Assembly: GCA_963789395.1 (NCBI GenBank)
Contig: CAWBKP010000014.1
Location: 128,001 to 192,000 of the forward strand
Direction of reading: 5' to 3'
Source of the DNA: an uncultured delta proteobacterium
GTDB taxonomy: Bacteria; Desulfobacterota; Desulfobacteria; Desulfobacterales; Desulfatirhabdiaceae
DNA length: 64,000 nucleotides
This document shows, piece by piece, positions 59,008-64,000 of this stretch. Positions within the stretch are counted from its first letter, which is position 1. Each line of letters starts with the position of its first letter. The translations under genes and the position numbers were made by a program. The notes under the pieces were generated by a model, which saw only the letters and a program-made list of their open reading frames with translations, was not told the DNA's origin and searched no databases.

Positions 59008-59763
59008 ATGTCAACATTTACAAAAGTTCCGGCAATATATAAATGCTTTGCCATCCTGGACTTATTGGCCAAGTCCAAGACTTCTCCCGGTATCAGCGAA
59101 ATCGCCAGACAACTCGATCTGAATAAGAGCACGGTCTGCAACACGATCCATTCCCTTGTCGATCTGGGCGTGATGGAATTTCAGCCGGACGGCAAATTTG
59201 TTTTCGGTCCGCGCTTTTACGTCTTAGGCAACATGGCCGGCCAACGCTCCGAACTCCTTCAAATTGCACGTCCGTATTTAACTGCCATCAACGAACACAC
59301 AAAGCTTTCGGCTTTTTTGGGCATTCGATCCAACCTCAACACCATTCTTATCGACAAAGTTGATTCCGCGCTTGAAATCAAGGTGTCTTCGGAAATCGGC
59401 ATGCAGATGCCGCCGCTTGCAGGAGCCGGGATAAAGGCCATGCTTTCTCAGCTTTCCGAACAGGAACTCGACGAGATATTATCCCAAAGCGAACTTACCC
59501 GGTTCACGCCGAACTCCATCGTTAATAAAGCAGATTATAAAAAGGAAATTATCGGGGTCGGGCAGGCCGGCATCGCTTTTGACCGGGAAGAATATATTGA
59601 AGGACTCATCGCCATTGCCATTCCTGTTCAGACATACGGCAACAGTATTCAAGCCGCCATATGGATCGTTGGCCTGAAACGGCAGATGCCGGAAAATCTG
59701 ATGCAGCGGCATGCACAGTATTTGAAAAATATCGGAGAGAAGATAAATATTCGTTATCAATGA
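59008..59763 (+). CDS. IclR-family transcriptional regulator 3
   Basis: VPAIYKCFAIL..GISEIARQLDLNKSTV HTH; AFDREEYIEG. Confidence 0.92.
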   Translation: MSTFTKVPAIYKCFAILDLLAKSKTSPGISEIARQLDLNKSTVCNTIHSLVDLGVMEFQPDGKFVFGPRFYVLGNMAGQRSELLQIARPYLTAINEHTKLSAFLGIRSNLNTILIDKVDSALEIKVSSEIGMQMPPLAGAGIKAMLSQLSEQELDEILSQSELTRFTPNSIVNKADYKKEIIGVGQAGIAFDREEYIEGLIAIAIPVQTYGNSIQAAIWIVGLKRQMPENLMQRHAQYLKNIGEKINIRYQ

Positions 59764-59801
59764 AATAATTAACTTAGAAAAAATATAACAGGAGGGTTGC
59801 A

Positions 59802-61853
59802 ATGTCCCATAACACAAAAAAAGTATACAGCGGATTGTACGCTTTGCTACCATAGTTGTGGAACCGTAGTAATGGTCGATGACGGAGGCCGTCTAAAGTG
59901 GAAGGGCACAAATCCCACCCCCTGAACAAGGGGATCTTTGCCCCAAGGGAGAGGCCGCCCTGGAGCACATTTACAGTCCCGAACGGCTGAAACACCCTTT
60001 GAAGCGGGTCAATGGCCGATTCGAGCAGATCGGTTGGGATCAGGCGCTGGATGAGATCGCGGACAAATTGCTGCAACTTAAAGGCAGCGTATGGTCCCCA
60101 GGTTCTGGGTGTTTTCAGCGGATCGATCGGCGTGGAAAATCTCGAAATGGCCGGACTGACGCAGCGGTTCAAAGCAGCCTTCGGATCTCCCAATTTCTTC
60201 TCGGTGGAAAGCGTATGCTACCGGATGCGCATTCGAACCCGCCAAATCACTTTCGGGAAATACCCGACCGAAGAACTGGATTCCAAGCTTTATATTCTTT
60301 GGGGCCACAATCCGGAGGCCTCCGATTTTCCCTTGAAGCTGGCCATGGAAAGAAATCTGGCACAGGGTTCAAAGCTCGTGGTGGTCGATCCCCGCCGCAT
60401 CCCTTTGGCGGACAAGGCGGAAATGTATCTGCGCATCCGGCCCGGAACAGATGGCGCGATGGCGCTGGCCATGATTCATGTCATCATCAACGAAAATCTG
60501 TATGACAAAGAATTTGTGGAGGCATATACCCTCGGGTTTGACAAACTGGTCGATCACATTCAAAAATACACGCCGGAGTGGGCCGAAAACATAACGTGGG
60601 TGCCTGCAGAGCAAATCCGAAGCCTTGCCCGCCTGTTTGCGACAACAAAAGGCGCCGGCATTTATCAGGGAACCTGCACGCAAGACCAGACCGCCAACGG
60701 CACCCAGAGCAGCCGGGCCTTTTCCGTGCTGCAGTCAATCACCGGGAATATCAATGTTCCCGGAGGCTGGGTCGTCAGCCCCCGTCTGGCTTTCGGAAAC
60801 GTGGGCCTAAAGGTCGAGGGCGAGCCGCTCGGCGCGGATCAATTCCCCTTGTTTTTCGAGGTCTGGGGCCGCAAAAGCCCCTATGGTGTCGTCACGGTGG
60901 TGCCGGAAAGCATCCCCGATAAGTTAAAAGCGTTTTATGTGGTTGGCGGAAACCCCTTAATGTCCATGCCGGACAGCAATGCCTTCACGGAGGCGTTTAA
61001 AAAGCTAGAGCTGTTGGTCGTTCATGACATGGTCATGACCGAAACCGCTCAGTTAGCCCATTATGTTTTGCCGGCATGCTCACATCTTGAAAAATGGGGG
61101 GTGGCATATACCTATAACGTCTGCCATTGCCTCCCTTTCCTGATGCTTCGCAAAAAATGCATTGAACCGCTTCACGAAAGCAGGTCCGAATGGTGGGTGT
61201 ATACGGAACTGGCCAAAAGACTGGGACTGGAAGAGTTATTCCCCTGGAAATCCGAGGAGGAACTGGTGCGGTTCGAACTGGAGCCTTCCGGATTGTCGTT
61301 TGAATATCTTCTGAACGAAAAACCGGAGGGCGGGTTTTATCAAAACAAGGTGTACGAAATGAGCAACAATTTATTCCCGACGCCATCCAGAAAGATTGAA
61401 ATTTATAGTGATGCATTGGAGCATGTCGGCTTTGACCCCCTGCCGACCTACCAGGAGCCGCTGCGAAGTCCCATGAGCGCGGAGCTGGCATTTTTGGAAG
61501 AATATCCGTTAATACTCAGCACCGGAAACCGGAATTATTACTATACCCATAGTCAGCACCGCAATGTCAAAGCACTCAGAGATCAGGCCCCTGAACCGGA
61601 AATGGAAATCGGTGTGGAAACGGCAAAAAAATACGATTTAAAAACAGGGGACATGAGCATCATCAAAACCAACCGGGGACAGGTAAAAATGAAAGCAAGG
61701 GTTGATGACCGGATTGCGGAAGGCGTGGTCTTTGTGCCGCATGGCTGGCCGGAAGAGGCGAATGCCAACCTTCTTACCGATGTGACATGCCGGGAATGCA
61801 TCATGGGGTATCCAGATCAAAAATCACTCCTGTGCAATATAGGCAAAGCCTGA
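59802..61853 (+). CDS. Cytoplasmic Mo/W-bisPGD oxidoreductase (DMSO reductase family); frameshifts in the 5' region
   Basis: AGGAGG before the ATG at 59802; CTLCYHSCG..LCPKG 4Fe-4S motif; WGHNP, VVDPR, RPGTDGA, TETAQLAHYVLPA and HSQH motifs; no Tat signal. Confidence 0.9.
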
Positions 61854-61901
61854 TGCAGGCTCTCTGAACGCCTGCCTGCAAGATCCGCTCAAACAGCATT
61901 C

Positions 61902-61940
61902 TCCCCCGGGAAATCACTGTTTCCCCGGGGGAATTTATTT
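61902..61940 (+). terminator. Intrinsic terminator
   Basis: TCCCCCGGGAAA..TTTCCCCGGGGGA followed by ATTTATTT. Confidence 0.6.
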
Positions 61941-62009
61941 TAAAGACAGAACCGACTTCTAATTCCAATTTGCTTACCAAATGACATTCCCGCTAAAGGA
62001 GGAATCCGA

Positions 62010-62489
62010 ATGGCCATCATTTTTTCTGCGCGTGAAATTGCCGAAGCCGCGGTTGAAAAGGAAATAAAAAGAAAAGGATTTTATGCAACCGTTTACGAAT
62101 TGAGCACGAATACAGACATGAAAGACCTTTTTCAATTTCTGACGGAAGAGGAAGACAAGCATGTTGCAGCCTTTGTGAAACTCCGGGATAATCTGCCTGC
62201 TGAAATACAGCCTGAAGAGTACAATGAGGACATGGAGGCTTACATGGACTCTGTCATTGACGATCGCCTCTATTCCCATATCGATTCAAAGGAGTTTGTT
62301 CAGAAAGCCTTGAATGCCAGGGATGTCTTTCGTCTGGCCATCGGATTTGAGAAAGATGCGATTCTATACTTCAGAGAATTTTTGCCTTTTTTATCTGAAG
62401 CCGATCGGAAGGTCGTAGCGGAATTGATAGAACAGGAAAAAGGTCATATCCGAAAGCTTGCGGATTTACAGAAGCGGATGACTGAATAA
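62010..62489 (+). CDS. Ferritin-like / rubrerythrin-domain protein
   Basis: AVEKE..FY, EEEDKH, AIGFEKDAILY and EQEKGH motifs. Confidence 0.9.
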   Translation: MAIIFSAREIAEAAVEKEIKRKGFYATVYELSTNTDMKDLFQFLTEEEDKHVAAFVKLRDNLPAEIQPEEYNEDMEAYMDSVIDDRLYSHIDSKEFVQKALNARDVFRLAIGFEKDAILYFREFLPFLSEADRKVVAELIEQEKGHIRKLADLQKRMTE

Positions 62490-62562
62490 CCCAACACAAA
62501 CAAAGGCGCCGTCAGCCCCTTGGGGTCTGCGACAGCCATCAAAAAAAGGCATTAATTTTCTT

Positions 62563-63177
62563 CTATTCATTGGATGCGCGTTTGGTCAACAGCCAGGGGA
62601 ATGCGATCGCTTCGGTTAAATGGTAAGCTGCCTGCAGATAGGATGTCGGGCAGAGCGGATAGCATTCCTTGCAGTTCCAGCATTCCTGGGCAGCCAGTTC
62701 CGGAATGAAACATATTTCCCTTTTGCCGCCTTTATCGACAAATCCAATCACATTTTTCTTTTTGATCTCGGCGCAGTACCTGACACACAGCCCGCAAAGA
62801 ATGCAAAACATCGATTCTTTTTCAAAACGATTGCTATCGGCCCCATACGCTTTGGCCAGTTCCTTCAATTCATCGGAATCCGGCGCATGGGCCAGCAGGA
62901 ACTCCAGAATCAGTTTGCGAATTTTATCGACCATCTCGGACCGGGTCCTTACCGCCAAATCCGGCTCTACCGGATACAGGCAGCTGGCAACGAGTTTTGA
63001 CCTGCCGCGGGTTCCGACTTCCACCGTGCAAAGCCGGCATCCGCCATAAGGGTTTAATTTTTCGTGATGACAAAGTGTCGGAATAAAAATATCCGCACTG
63101 CGGGCTGCCGCCAATACGGTCATTCCTTCCCTTGCTTTCACTTCTTTTCCATCTATGTTTAAAATGATTTCTCTCAT
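62563..63177 (-). CDS. NuoG-N-terminal-like Fe-S subunit (BamI/HoxU-like)
   Basis: IPTLCHH..GGCRLC..ASC 2Fe-2S motif; CILCGLCVRYC and CWNCKECYPLCP. Confidence 0.88.
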   Translation of the reverse strand: MREIILNIDGKEVKAREGMTVLAAARSADIFIPTLCHHEKLNPYGGCRLCTVEVGTRGRSKLVASCLYPVEPDLAVRTRSEMVDKIRKLILEFLLAHAPDSDELKELAKAYGADSNRFEKESMFCILCGLCVRYCAEIKKKNVIGFVDKGGKREICFIPELAAQECWNCKECYPLCPTSYLQAAYHLTEAIAFPWLLTKRASNE

Positions 63178-63226
63178 GGTTTTATGCTCTCTCCGGCTTT
63201 GGTTGTTGCCTGTTCACCCGTTTCTG

Positions 63227-64000
63227 TTACTGGATGTTTGCCTCAAACTCGTCTCTAAAATAGCGCAGCGCACTTTTAAGCGGGTCGGGAGCGGTTTTTC
63301 CCAGGGAACACAAAGAGGCAGCCCCCATCACCTCGGAGATCTCTTCCAGTTGCTCGATATCCCCCGCTTTTCCCTTTCCTTCACGGATTCTATCCAGTAT
63401 TTTAATCATCTGCCGGATGCCTTCCCTGCACGGGACGCATTTGCCGCATGACTCGTTGGTGAGAAAGTCGAGGAAAAACCGGGTGGCATCGACCATATCG
63501 GTATCTTCATCCATTACCAGAAGGGCGCCCGCTCCCATGGGAGCCCCCGCTTTCTGGAGCGCATCAAAATCCAGGGGGGTATCGATGAGACGCTCGGGAA
63601 TGGAACCTCCCATGGCGCCGCCAAAGTGCAGCGCTTTCAGTTTCTTCCCGTTTGGAATCCCGCCCCCGATGTCATAGACGATCTCTCTGAGCGTGGTCCC
63701 GAAAGGAACTTCCACGACCCCGGCATTCACGATATTGCCGGACAAGGATATCATTTTTGTTCCCTTGCTCCGTTCCGTGCCGATGCCGGCATACCATTCC
63801 GAGCCCTTATTGATGATCTGCGGCACGTTCGCCCAGGTTTCCACATTGTTCAGGTTGCTCGGCCTGTCCCAAATACCACTTACCGAAGTGCGGATATACT
63901 TGGGTCTCGGCTCCGGGTTCTTTCCTTCGATTGACCGCATTAATGCGCTGGACTCGCCGGACACGAATATGCCCACATCAAAATGCACCTCAACATGAAA
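63227..64000 (-). CDS. NuoF-like NADH-binding flavoprotein subunit (3' part; begins outside the window)
   Basis: GESSALMRSIEG..PRPK, NNVETWANV, GVVEVPFG, ESCGKCVPCREG and SLCSLG motifs. Confidence 0.92.
   Translation of the reverse strand, partial: FHVEVHFDVGIFVSGESSALMRSIEGKNPEPRPKYIRTSVSGIWDRPSNLNNVETWANVPQIINKGSEWYAGIGTERSKGTKMISLSGNIVNAGVVEVPFGTTLREIVYDIGGGIPNGKKLKALHFGGAMGGSIPERLIDTPLDFDALQKAGAPMGAGALLVMDEDTDMVDATRFFLDFLTNESCGKCVPCREGIRQMIKILDRIREGKGKAGDIEQLEEISEVMGAASLCSLGKTAPDPLKSALRYFRDEFEANIQ

Noticed and set aside
59802..61853. Selenocysteine read-through explaining the split Mo-enzyme ORF
   Set aside because: The breaks are frame changes rather than in-frame TGA, and the likely ligand is encoded as Cys.

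Overview
This 64-kb window is chromosomal DNA from an anaerobic bacterium. Gene content points to Desulfobacterota, probably a Desulfobacterales-like sulfate reducer or syntroph; this is inferred, not searched. It contains five main blocks. (1) Oxyanion and Mo/W handling: a Mo-storage-like protein, a MOT-family transporter, a TunR-type regulator, two orphan TupA-like binding proteins, two ChrA pumps, a chrB-chrF-MFS-rhodanese-chrA operon and three SLC13/DASS transporters. (2) A gamma-carbonic anhydrase-FNOR-cooF-cooS CO dehydrogenase operon followed by an unannotated 48-aa gene. (3) A c-di-AMP riboswitch upstream of a kimA-like K+ transporter. (4) A sigma54-controlled, tandemly duplicated receiver/CBS/SLC13 cassette showing reciprocal gene loss. 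(5) An IclR-regulated aromatic acid/aldehyde region with a benzoate-CoA-ligase-family enzyme, PaaK, a tungsten AOR-family enzyme with Fe-S/FAD partners, MoeB/MoaD, a TRAP transporter, a Mo-bisPGD oxidoreductase and NuoF/NuoG-like subunits. The TRAP dctM gene is interrupted by a ~2.7-kb two-ORF insertion sequence that I cannot assign to a named family. It has a Mutator-like DDE transposase, a multi-wHTH ORF joined to it by a slippery site, subterminal inverted repeats and a flanking direct repeat of up to 12 bp. Many genes carry single-base frameshifts that look like long-read errors. I saw no rRNA, tRNA or CRISPR array.
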